From Bdellovibrionales bacterium (GTDB lineage Bacteria > Bdellovibrionota > Bdellovibrionia > Bdellovibrionales > JAGQZY01), in the NCBI GenBank assembly GCA_031426555.1, contig JANPLN010000031.1:1-64000 (forward strand): a DNA stretch of 64,000 nucleotides. Reading direction: 5' to 3'. Below the pieces are notes generated by a model that worked only from the letters and a program-made list of their open reading frames with translations, was not told the DNA's origin and searched no databases. Both the position numbers and the translations under genes were made by a program. This document shows positions 39,600-48,765 of this stretch, piece by piece (the first letter of the stretch is position 1; every line of letters begins with the position of its first letter).

Positions 39600-40832
39600 A
39601 TGATTACCCAGGCCGTTCCCATTTTTTCAACGCTCATTATTGTCATCGCTTTTGCACGGCTGATTGGTTTTCTTTTTCGCAAAGCCGGCCAACCCCCAGT
39701 CATGGGCGAAGTACTTGGCGGGATTCTCCTCGGACCTTCGGCCTTTGGATTGTTGTTCCCAGAAACTTCCACATTTCTTTTTCATAAAGACTCTCTCGTC
39801 TTTTTGAAGAATGTCGCCGATGTGGGCATTATGCTTTATCTTTTTGTGACGGGTTTGGAAATTGATCTCCCGCGACTGCAAAAGTCTGCACGTTCTGCCA
39901 TACTGATATCCCAACTCAGCATTTTATTACCTTTTATCCTCGGCCTTCTCCTTGCTCAACAAATTTACTCCCAATACGCACCACCGGGGTTTGATCTCCT
40001 GGCATTTTCGCTTTTTATTGGCGTATCGTTTTCCATCACTGCATTTCCAGTTCTCGCAAGAATTTTGGCAGACTCACCTCTACATAAAACCCGCCTGGGC
40101 GATTTAGCTTTAACCTGCGCCGCCGTCGATGATGTGACCGCTTGGGTCCTGATTGCAGTTGTCACTGGAGTGATGGGAACTGGTCTCTCCGGGGCGTGGG
40201 CAACCTTGGGACTCACCTTCGTTTATATTTTATTTATGTTATTCATTGTGCGCCCCCTTATTACAAACATGATCCCCCGGTTTGAAAAAAAATTCGAGCG
40301 CTTGCCCGAAGCTCTGTTGGCGTTTGCAATCTTGGGAGCCTTAACTTCGGCAATGCTCACGGAGGTCATTGGCATTCACGCGCTCTTCGGGGCCTTTTTA
40401 TTTGGTGCCGTGATTCCCCATGATAGTTTGATGGCACGCGATGTGACAGGGCGCCTACAGGATTTCGTCCGTATACTTTTTTTACCAGCGTTTTTCGCTT
40501 TGACCGGAATGAAGACTCAGATCAATCTGATTTCGGGAGGCCAGGAGTGGGTCCTTTGTTTGATCATTATCGGCCTGGCAACAGCTGGAAAGTTTTTCGG
40601 AGCTTTTACTGGCGCCATGCTATCTGGTCATAGCCCCCGCGAATCCACAATCTTAGGCATACTCATGAACACGCGGGGACTGGTAGAGTTGATCGTACTC
40701 AATATTGGTTTGTCTTTAGGAATTCTCACGCCCACGCTGTTCACTATGTTGGTGCTGATGGCTTTAGTAACAACTTTTATGGCGGGGCCACTCTTACGTA
40801 TTGTTGGCACCTATTCCGACAAACTTAAATAG
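39600..40832 (+). CDS. Cation:proton antiporter (CPA2)
   Basis: QPPVMGEVLGGILLGPS, SITAFPVLARIL, LMNTRGLVEL. Confidence 0.92.
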   Translation: MITQAVPIFSTLIIVIAFARLIGFLFRKAGQPPVMGEVLGGILLGPSAFGLLFPETSTFLFHKDSLVFLKNVADVGIMLYLFVTGLEIDLPRLQKSARSAILISQLSILLPFILGLLLAQQIYSQYAPPGFDLLAFSLFIGVSFSITAFPVLARILADSPLHKTRLGDLALTCAAVDDVTAWVLIAVVTGVMGTGLSGAWATLGLTFVYILFMLFIVRPLITNMIPRFEKKFERLPEALLAFAILGALTSAMLTEVIGIHALFGAFLFGAVIPHDSLMARDVTGRLQDFVRILFLPAFFALTGMKTQINLISGGQEWVLCLIIIGLATAGKFFGAFTGAMLSGHSPRESTILGILMNTRGLVELIVLNIGLSLGILTPTLFTMLVLMALVTTFMAGPLLRIVGTYSDKLK

Positions 40833-40857
40833 ACAAGCGTTCATCACAGGAGAATTT

Positions 40858-41412
40858 ATGAGTTCAATTGCAAATATTCCGCTGAAGACCATTAAAGGCC
40901 AAGATTCCAGTTTAGCTGCCTACAAGGGAAAAGTTTTACTCATTGTTAATGTGGCCTCCAAGTGCGGTCTCACGCCCCAGTATGAGGGACTCGAACGAAT
41001 CTACAAAAAATATAAAGCGCGGGGCTTTGAAGTCCTCGGCTTCCCGGCAAATAACTTTATGGGGCAAGAGCCTGGCACAAATGCCGAAATTGTTGAATTT
41101 TGCAAAAGTTCTTACGATGTGTCGTTTCCGCTCTTTCAAAAAATCTCAGTCAAAGGCAACAACCAACATCCCCTCTATTCGGCACTCACCAACAGTTCTG
41201 TGCCCGTGCAAGATTCAAACAAAGCTTCATTGTTAAAAAAAATGGCGTTTCGAGTTCTCGGTGGCTTTAACAAACAAGCGACCGATATCTCTTGGAACTT
41301 CGAAAAATTTCTCGTGGATCGCAACGGAAAAGTGGTCGCCCGCTTTTCGCCCACCGTGAGACCCGAAGAAGCGGCTCTCATATCTGCCATTGAGAAATTG
41401 TTGAAGGTTTAA
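40858..41412 (+). CDS. Glutathione peroxidase family (Cys-type)
   Basis: VNVASKCG, LGFPANNF, WNFEKFL. Confidence 0.95.
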   Translation: MSSIANIPLKTIKGQDSSLAAYKGKVLLIVNVASKCGLTPQYEGLERIYKKYKARGFEVLGFPANNFMGQEPGTNAEIVEFCKSSYDVSFPLFQKISVKGNNQHPLYSALTNSSVPVQDSNKASLLKKMAFRVLGGFNKQATDISWNFEKFLVDRNGKVVARFSPTVRPEEAALISAIEKLLKV

Positions 41413-41451
41413 GTTACTGGCCAAAAAATCTGGCCAGATCTTCTCGAGGTG

Positions 41452-41715
41452 TTAATTGCCTACGAAATTTGGACACTCACTGCTAAATCGCAGTTCTGCT
41501 TCACGGACTTGCTTCTGTAACACTTTCTGCGTTGCAAACCGATATCTCGACTTAGTAATAAACAGGTGTCTTATTGATTCCTCTATTATCGCTTTGTAGT
41601 TATCTAGACCATCTTTTTTTACCTGACACTCTTCCTGCGTCAGAGCAAACGCTGAGTGCGAAGTACAAATAGTGAACAAAGCAGCTACGAAAACTTTTTT
41701 GAAATTCAACTTCAT
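41452..41715 (-). CDS. Small secreted hypothetical protein
   Basis: Signal peptide (AFA|L), two Cys, GAGGGG RBS. Confidence 0.55.
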   Translation of the reverse strand: MKLNFKKVFVAALFTICTSHSAFALTQEECQVKKDGLDNYKAIIEESIRHLFITKSRYRFATQKVLQKQVREAELRFSSECPNFVGN

Positions 41716-41990
41716 ATTTTTCCCCTCTATTGTATCAATGCCTTCATCGGATCTCGGATTGAGATTTTACGCGAGACATACAACCATGGTAATTGCAAAA
41801 ATTAGTCCAACCTCATTCGAACTCAGGAATAGCTCTATTTGTTTTGAAATTATTTTCGTGGATATACTTTATACAATGACTTCTATTTCATCACTTTTTT
41901 GCCGAAGACTATCGAATCAATTTTGGATTGCGTTCGCAATTCAAAATGGTTAGAAAAAAAAATTTATGTTTCATTTTGAGCTTGAATCCG

Positions 41991-42542
41991 TCAGCCGAGA
42001 ATGAGGCTAGTTCCAAAAAAGATAAACAGCACCGCCGCTATCCGACGCAGATGTTTCATCGACATCTTCTTTAACAATCGCTCACCAAAAAACACCGCCA
42101 GCCCGTCGGCCACAATCATTCCTAATGTTGTTCCAATGGTCACCAGCACCAAGTGGTTGTAGCGTGCCGCCAATGCAACTGTTGAGAGCTGTGTTTTGTC
42201 GCCCATCTCGGCAATAAAAAAAGCCACAAACGTGGTTAAAAAAGCGCCCCATCGCCCGCTGGCTTTTGGCTCTTCTTCTTTATCGGGAATTAATACCCAA
42301 GCGGCAAAAGCGAAAAAGACCAACGCAAGGACCCAATTTAAGACCATGGGCGACATCTGCTGCGAAAGCCACTGGCCGGCGTAGGCCGCGAGCAAATGAT
42401 TTAAAATCGTCGCGGCGACGATGCCCGATAAAATCACCCACGGTTTTTTAAAGCGCACGGTCAGCAAAAGCGCTAAAAGTTGTGTCTTATCACCCATCTC
42501 AGTGGCGGCAACGAGGAGGAAGGAATTGATCAGTATTTCCAT
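41991..42542 (-). CDS. TMEM165/GDT1 family Mn/Ca transporter
   Basis: Two EMGDKTQL motifs. Confidence 0.93.
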   Translation of the reverse strand: MEILINSFLLVAATEMGDKTQLLALLLTVRFKKPWVILSGIVAATILNHLLAAYAGQWLSQQMSPMVLNWVLALVFFAFAAWVLIPDKEEEPKASGRWGAFLTTFVAFFIAEMGDKTQLSTVALAARYNHLVLVTIGTTLGMIVADGLAVFFGERLLKKMSMKHLRRIAAVLFIFFGTSLILG

Positions 42543-42616
42543 ACAATTCTTTAACAAAAAATCTGTAAAATGAATACATATTTGACCTTTTCGGGGGTTT
42601 CTGAGATCACAGTTGT

Positions 42617-43588
42617 ATGCTTTTACCCATTGGTCTTTTGACGATTTTTGGCTTCTCTGTTGGTTCCCTCACCTACGCTTATAAATATCGAGGAAAGGCA
42701 CGCTGGGAAAACCTCACCGAATATATGCGCAAGGGCTGGCCCATTTTTACGCCGTTCAATTGCCTGCTTTATTTATTCACCCAGCAGCGCGCCCAGAAAT
42801 CCATTATGAATGTGGCCGACTTTCCAGAACTCAGGCCTCTCCAACAAAACTGGCAAATGATCCGCGAGGAAGTGATCAACCTTTACAAAGGCCAGCACTT
42901 CGAAAAAACCAAACAAGAAGGGGCGCAGAGTTCCTACGACTTGGGATTCCGCACTTTTTTTAAATACGGCTGGAGTAAATTTTATCTTACGTGGTACGGC
43001 CACACTCATGAGTCCGCGCAAAAGCTTTGTCCAAAAACTGTAGCGCTCGTCAATAGCATCCCGTCGATCAACGGCGCCATGTTTTCGTTACTACCAGTAG
43101 GCTCACAGCTCACTCGCCACTTGGATCCCGTGGCATGCTCCTTGCGTTTGCACTTGGGCTTAATGACTCCTAACGACGACAGCTGTTACATCAACGTAGA
43201 TGGCCAAAAGTATTCGTGGCGCGACGGAGAGCTTTTTATGTTTGACGAAACATTTTTGCATTTTGCCAAAAATGATTCCGAACGGTACCGACTGATTTTA
43301 ATGTGCGACATCGAGCGCCCCATGTTTTTTATCGGCCACATCATCAACTTTTTTTACAAAGGACTGATGCGAATGACCGTTGTTCCCAATATGGATGGCG
43401 ATTCCCGAGGCCTGGTTAATAAAATTTTCTCCTTTCTCTCGCCGACGCTTAAAAAAACCAAAAGCCTCAAACAGACAAATCCATCGCTCTATAAAATCGT
43501 CAAATACAGCGTCAACTTCACGTTGCTGGGAATTGTGGTTCTTTTGCTCTTTGGAATTCTCAAATTTATCCAGTGGATTTTTTTGTAA
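42617..43588 (+). CDS. lpxO: Lipid A hydroxylase LpxO-like aspartyl beta-hydroxylase
   Basis: FFKYGWSKFYLTWYG, HLDP..LRLHLGL, FDETFLH; terminal TM helices. Confidence 0.82.
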   Translation: MLLPIGLLTIFGFSVGSLTYAYKYRGKARWENLTEYMRKGWPIFTPFNCLLYLFTQQRAQKSIMNVADFPELRPLQQNWQMIREEVINLYKGQHFEKTKQEGAQSSYDLGFRTFFKYGWSKFYLTWYGHTHESAQKLCPKTVALVNSIPSINGAMFSLLPVGSQLTRHLDPVACSLRLHLGLMTPNDDSCYINVDGQKYSWRDGELFMFDETFLHFAKNDSERYRLILMCDIERPMFFIGHIINFFYKGLMRMTVVPNMDGDSRGLVNKIFSFLSPTLKKTKSLKQTNPSLYKIVKYSVNFTLLGIVVLLLFGILKFIQWIFL

Positions 43589-43603
43589 ATACATTGAGGT
43601 CCT

Positions 43604-44719
43604 ATGAATGAAACTCAAGACAACCCAAACGCTTTCAAACATTTGATAAATGCGGATGTTGTGGAGCGGATGGCCGATTGTATTTCTTCAGCGGCAAAAG
43701 ATTTTCCAAAGGCCGATTTTAAAAAAGTAGCAAAAGAATTACCTCCGCTAGAACTCAAAGCCCGCGTGCTTCTTATCAGCCAAAGGCTCCACCAACATCT
43801 TCCACCGCATTTTCCACAGGCAGTGGATGTACTATTGAAATCTTTAAAAAAGAATAACCTTAAGGGTTTTGATCTTTGGCCGTACACGCACTATGTGCAA
43901 ACTCAAGGTACAGACCATCTTAAAATATCCTTGGACGCCCTCCGCACCATGACTCAGCTCTTCACCAGCGAATTCGCCGTTCGTCCATTTTTAAAAATGG
44001 AAACTGAAAAAAGTTTAGCTTATCTTATCAGATGCGCCAAAGACGAAAATGTTCATGTCCGCCGCTGGAGCTCCGAGGGCTCCCGACCTCGACTCCCCTG
44101 GGGAGAGCGCTTAGATATCTTTATCCAACAACCGCAACTCACCTTGCCGATTTTGGAACTTCTGAAATACGATGAGGGACTTTACGTCCGAAAAAGTGTT
44201 GCCAATCATCTTAACGACATCGCTAAAGACAATCCACAGGTGGTTTTAAAATGCCTCGCGCGATGGAATCAGAGCTGTCCAAAGCAACATCGTGATAAAA
44301 TTTTATGGATCACGCGACACGCTTTGCGCACCCTTATAAAGAATGGCGATGCTGCAGCTTTAAAACTCATTGGCGTTTCTAACAAAGCGCAAATTAAAGT
44401 GGCTCCAATGAAGCTTGCTAAAAAATCGATCAAAGTTGGCGATCGGCTGGAATTTGCATTAGCTATACAGTCAAAGAGCAAAAAGACACAAAAGCTCATC
44501 ATCGATTATGTGATTCACCATCAAAAATCAGGCGGCAAAACATCGCCAAAGGTTTTTAAACTGAAAACTTTTGATCTACAGCCAGGACAATCTCTCTCCA
44601 TCACAAAAAACCACTCTCTAAAACCTGTAACCACGCGGAAATATTATTTGGGCAAACACCGCGTCGAAATTCAAATCAACGGTAAAATCTACGCAGGCGA
44701 AGACTGGATTCTGTATTAA
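43604..44719 (+). CDS. DNA alkylation repair protein (AlkC/YhaZ-like HEAT glycosylase)
   Basis: SEFAVRPF, RRWSSEGSRPRLPW, YVRKSVANHLNDIAKD, Ig-like C-terminus. Confidence 0.88.
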   Translation: MNETQDNPNAFKHLINADVVERMADCISSAAKDFPKADFKKVAKELPPLELKARVLLISQRLHQHLPPHFPQAVDVLLKSLKKNNLKGFDLWPYTHYVQTQGTDHLKISLDALRTMTQLFTSEFAVRPFLKMETEKSLAYLIRCAKDENVHVRRWSSEGSRPRLPWGERLDIFIQQPQLTLPILELLKYDEGLYVRKSVANHLNDIAKDNPQVVLKCLARWNQSCPKQHRDKILWITRHALRTLIKNGDAAALKLIGVSNKAQIKVAPMKLAKKSIKVGDRLEFALAIQSKSKKTQKLIIDYVIHHQKSGGKTSPKVFKLKTFDLQPGQSLSITKNHSLKPVTTRKYYLGKHRVEIQINGKIYAGEDWILY

Positions 44720-44831
44720 TCACTGTATTCTTTTCATCGTGGAAGCTGAAAAATTGCAGTAACCCTCCGATTCCATTAGGTTTTACACGTGGTCTTAGGG
44801 GTTAAGACCACTATGACCTTGGGGATTCTAA

Positions 44832-46340
44832 ATGGGGATTTTTTTACTGACGCTTTGTCTGTCAGTGTTTTCTTATGCTGACACTTACACTTTGACCACA
44901 ACGGGGGCCGTTGATACGGGTGATTTTACCCTTCTCGCTGATCGTATTGCTAAAACGAATTACGCCGCTCTCGAAGACTTTCTTCGCGATTGGAAAACTC
45001 TGCGCCCCGAGTATTTTTCGAACTACGTGATGGCTTACAGAAGTCGCAGCCTCCAACACGCCACGCCGCAGTTTCCCCGTGTAATTCTATTTAATAGCAA
45101 CGCCGACGTCGTCATGAGTTTTAATGGTCACCAAGAGCACCGCGGTTATCAAAACATCGAGATGATGCGCTTTAACCACAACAAAGACACTTTCGAATTT
45201 TACGAGATGAGTTTTAAAAACAACCGAGCAGAGCTGTCTGGAGCAAATCCCGTGAAGTGTTTGGAGTGTCACCAAGGTTCCAACCGCGCCAATGTTGATC
45301 CTCGCCCTAACTGGGAGCCCTACAACGCCTGGTTGGGATTTTATGGAAGCATCGACGACGCCACAGCCCATATGAAATCAGGGTTTTTGCGCGAGCGCGT
45401 TCGCGACGATGAGAAAGCACTTATTGTTCAACAACTCGAGTCGGAGGATGAGTGGTACGCTGAATTTTGGCGCGACTATCAACCGAACAATAAACGCTAC
45501 GTTTTGTTAGATCCTGTGGCCAGAGTGCAACAGCCCGAGGCCACCATTAACGGCGAACTCACCAACCGTTTGGCCACACTCAATTATCGACGGGCGGCTC
45601 GGCTGATGACTGAGCAGGCGGAAGTCTTTGAATTTGTAAAATGGACTTTGTGGGCCAACAGTCGCTGCGATGGTGCATTTTACGTGGCAGATGACGTTTA
45701 CCAATGGTTAAAACAGACTACGCCAAACCCCGAGACCGTGGATGGTGAGATCAAGTATGATACGCCAGTCGGACGACCCCTTCGCCTGCGAAATTCCAAC
45801 GCGATTAACTTACTTTTTGAACCGTTTATGGTGAGCACCGAGGATTGGTCCATGGATTTTAAAACCCGCGGGCGTTTTGCGGCCTTTGAACGTTTTGGCT
45901 TAACTAACGATCCTCGTCCTGTGGTGCGAAAGGCTTTCGAACGTCATTTTTTCCGCGAGCAGGATTTTAAGAGTATGAACTGCGAAGAACTCAAAGCTAA
46001 GAGCTTAGAAAATTTTGGCTCCCTAGAAAAAGTAAAAGCCTTTGTGGCTCAAAGACAAATTCAACCCTTGGTAAACACTCGTAAGACGCCGCTCATTCAA
46101 AGATGCATTTCGTGCCACGTCGACGAAGCCAGTTACAGCACCATCCCAGTAATTCCATTTGATGATCCTGCGCGACTAAAAAGTATGTTGAATCAAGGTT
46201 CCTACAAGCGCGGCACGTTGATGTCCGAGATCCTCTATCGCACGGGATCCCACGCCGAGCAGGAAGATCAAATGCCGCCACGAGGGCTCCCTTCCAACGA
46301 GCAGCGCGATGAACTGCTTCAGTATCTAAGAGCGCTTTAG
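44832..46340 (+). CDS. Secreted diheme c-type cytochrome of unknown function
   Basis: Signal peptide, CLECH and CISCH, C-terminal MPP. Confidence 0.7.
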   Translation: MGIFLLTLCLSVFSYADTYTLTTTGAVDTGDFTLLADRIAKTNYAALEDFLRDWKTLRPEYFSNYVMAYRSRSLQHATPQFPRVILFNSNADVVMSFNGHQEHRGYQNIEMMRFNHNKDTFEFYEMSFKNNRAELSGANPVKCLECHQGSNRANVDPRPNWEPYNAWLGFYGSIDDATAHMKSGFLRERVRDDEKALIVQQLESEDEWYAEFWRDYQPNNKRYVLLDPVARVQQPEATINGELTNRLATLNYRRAARLMTEQAEVFEFVKWTLWANSRCDGAFYVADDVYQWLKQTTPNPETVDGEIKYDTPVGRPLRLRNSNAINLLFEPFMVSTEDWSMDFKTRGRFAAFERFGLTNDPRPVVRKAFERHFFREQDFKSMNCEELKAKSLENFGSLEKVKAFVAQRQIQPLVNTRKTPLIQRCISCHVDEASYSTIPVIPFDDPARLKSMLNQGSYKRGTLMSEILYRTGSHAEQEDQMPPRGLPSNEQRDELLQYLRAL

Positions 46341-46347
46341 ATTCGTA

Positions 46348-47640
46348 TTAAATTTCTCGGAGATAGCCCCAGTTGTGGAGCTTGTCGCTGTCTTCTGCCC
46401 ATCGATCGCCAATATCGGTGCGGTAGTACATATTTGGAATCAGAATATTTTTGATTTTTGAGTACACCTGGGCCTGTGCTTGCTTCATGGTTTGTCCAAG
46501 TCCAACCACAACCAACACGACACCCGACGTTCCCGCCACGAGCCACTGCCCATCTTTTTGTTTTACATCTTCGATATGAATATTTTCGGTCACCGGCTTT
46601 GTAAAAACAATGGTGGCGTTACGGGAGTAGGAATCAAACGTGTGTTCATCTTCAAAAGGAAAAGGTGGCACCACAATTCGCACACCAATTTGAAACCCGC
46701 TGCGTACGCGCAATTTAATACTTTTTCCAGCCGCTAACTCATAGAAAAACTCACCGATGGGATTAAGAATTCCTTCTTGCTGAATACTGATCGTTGGATA
46801 GCCAAAGCGGGCTGTGAACTCCAAGGGATACACACCATGGTGATTCACAATGCAATTCAGATCCATGTAGCCCACGTAGCCCTCTTCGCGCAGCTTTGTT
46901 TCCATCTTTTTAAGCGTAAGATTAAATAACTTATTGGGAACACTCCAAAACATCGAAGTTCCCATCTCTCCCGTGGGCGGGCCCAGATTGCCGGGAAATA
47001 ATTTTTTATGCTCAAAATTAATGTTAATAGGGTACACAAACTCTTTGCCATTGAAAAATGCACCCACGGCTACTTCCACGCCTGTCATGCGTCTTTGTAA
47101 CTGAAACTGTTTAATTTCTTTGGAAAACGCTTTCTTATAAGCTTCCAGCATTCGAATCACGTCGATGCCATCTTCTTCTTCGCCCACAAACAAAAGACGC
47201 TTGATGTTCTGCGCCTCGCCGCTGGGCTTGATCACATATTGCCCAGGATTTTGTTTTACGTGGGCGATGGCTTCGTCGAAACTAAAAAAATCTTTGTACG
47301 GGATAATATTCACGCCGGCTTTTTTAAGCTCTTCTTGCCCGAAGGAACGGTCGTCCTCGAGCATGTCGGTGTAGGCTGTTCCTCCGATGACCAATTTTCC
47401 TTTAGCGCGCAGAGCTTGGGCCTTTTCGCCTTGACCAAGAACGTCGTCAAAAACGATCACATCGGCCCAATCCACTTCTTTTTCCCAATCGCTGGTTTTT
47501 TTCACAAAACCATCGGCGATGTCTTGCTCAGTCTGGGCTTTGATATAATACAAAACCTCGTGGCCTTCTTTGGCAACCTGCCAAGCGATATCTCCGATGA
47601 GTCCAGACAACGACACAAAAAGAAATTTCTTTTTTTCCAT
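46348..47640 (-). CDS. PurD-like ATP-grasp ligase (non-canonical GARS family)
   Basis: YVIKP, EHKKLFPGNLGPPTGEMG, LEFTARFGYP, YRTDIG; lacks GxGGREH. Confidence 0.8.
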   Translation of the reverse strand: MEKKKFLFVSLSGLIGDIAWQVAKEGHEVLYYIKAQTEQDIADGFVKKTSDWEKEVDWADVIVFDDVLGQGEKAQALRAKGKLVIGGTAYTDMLEDDRSFGQEELKKAGVNIIPYKDFFSFDEAIAHVKQNPGQYVIKPSGEAQNIKRLLFVGEEEDGIDVIRMLEAYKKAFSKEIKQFQLQRRMTGVEVAVGAFFNGKEFVYPININFEHKKLFPGNLGPPTGEMGTSMFWSVPNKLFNLTLKKMETKLREEGYVGYMDLNCIVNHHGVYPLEFTARFGYPTISIQQEGILNPIGEFFYELAAGKSIKLRVRSGFQIGVRIVVPPFPFEDEHTFDSYSRNATIVFTKPVTENIHIEDVKQKDGQWLVAGTSGVVLVVVGLGQTMKQAQAQVYSKIKNILIPNMYYRTDIGDRWAEDSDKLHNWGYLREI

Positions 47641-47705
47641 AATCTAAAGGTAGCAACTCAGAAAAATAAATGCAACGCCTCAGATCGCGGCGAAAAGAAT
47701 AAAGT

Positions 47706-48764
47706 TTATTTTTTTTGAGCCCAGCGGAGCTTTGCGGCCTTTGAGCGCGGGTTGCGCGATTGCTCTTGCGGCGATGGGCGCGAGGGCTCGTCGGAAATCT
47801 GCGAGTAGATTTTTTCGCGGTACATGTGTTGAAAATATTTTTTTACACGCCGATCCTCTCCCGAATGAAAGGTAAGAATCGCGACCCGCCCTCCCGGTTT
47901 TAAGTAGTTGGGAATTTCGGATAAAAACGTCTCCAACACTTCAAACTCTTGGTTCACATGTATCCGTAGAGCCTGAAATGCACGTCGAATGGGGGTGTCT
48001 CCGTCCTGCTCTTGCACTTTGCGACTGAGTTTGCTTAAAACTTTTCTTACCGAATCAGCCATCTGCACTGTGGTTTGCGGACAATCTTTTAAAAGCTGCT
48101 CTGCAATTTGTCGGGCGTGGGGTTCATCCGAATACTCTCGCAATATCTCTTCCAATTCCAAAGGAGTAAACTCCGGCCAGCACGCGGCGGCCGCTTTGCC
48201 TTTGTGCGGATTCATGCGCAAATCCAACGGTGCCTCGGTTTTAAAAGAAAATCCCCTCTCGGGAGTATCGATTTGCATGGACGAGAGCCCTAAATCTGCC
48301 AGGACGCCATCCACCTTTCCTGCTCCGGATTGCCGAAGGTAATTCCAGGCTTGTGAAAAATTGATGCCGCCAACGGTCAGTTCCACATCCCATCCCATAA
48401 TCTTTTCGCGCAATCGAATTTCTGTCTTGGCGCGCTCGATAGGATCTTGATCAAAGGCAATGAGCTTTCCCCCGGGCTGCAGTTTTTGAAGGAGCGCCAA
48501 CGAGTGCCCACCATAGCCCAGCGTTGCGTCCACAAACGTTTGCCCCGCTTGAGGATTGAGGAGAGTTAATATTTCCTCCAGGCAAATGGGAATGTGCGTT
48601 CCCACGGGAGTCATACCCCGCGCTTTCACTTTGTCGATGTCGTCAGTATATTTATCTGGATTGAGTTCTTTATATTTTTCGTGAAACTTTTTAGGATGTG
48701 TTCCTTTGTAGCGAACGCGCCTGGTTGGTTTGTCTGGAGGTTGGCCAGAAGATTGGTCGCTCAT
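47706..48764 (-). CDS. rsmH: 16S rRNA m4C1402 methyltransferase RsmH-family, N-terminally extended type
   Basis: DATLGYGGH, DLGLSSMQID, FQALRI.VN.E, TFHSGEDR.VK, NPRS..AKLR. Confidence 0.9.
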   Translation of the reverse strand: MSDQSSGQPPDKPTRRVRYKGTHPKKFHEKYKELNPDKYTDDIDKVKARGMTPVGTHIPICLEEILTLLNPQAGQTFVDATLGYGGHSLALLQKLQPGGKLIAFDQDPIERAKTEIRLREKIMGWDVELTVGGINFSQAWNYLRQSGAGKVDGVLADLGLSSMQIDTPERGFSFKTEAPLDLRMNPHKGKAAAACWPEFTPLELEEILREYSDEPHARQIAEQLLKDCPQTTVQMADSVRKVLSKLSRKVQEQDGDTPIRRAFQALRIHVNQEFEVLETFLSEIPNYLKPGGRVAILTFHSGEDRRVKKYFQHMYREKIYSQISDEPSRPSPQEQSRNPRSKAAKLRWAQKK

Positions 48765-48765
48765 T

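Noticed and set aside
42543..42616. yybP-ykoY Mn riboswitch upstream of the TMEM165 gene
   Set aside because: Only 74 bp of intergenic sequence and no recognisable aptamer.
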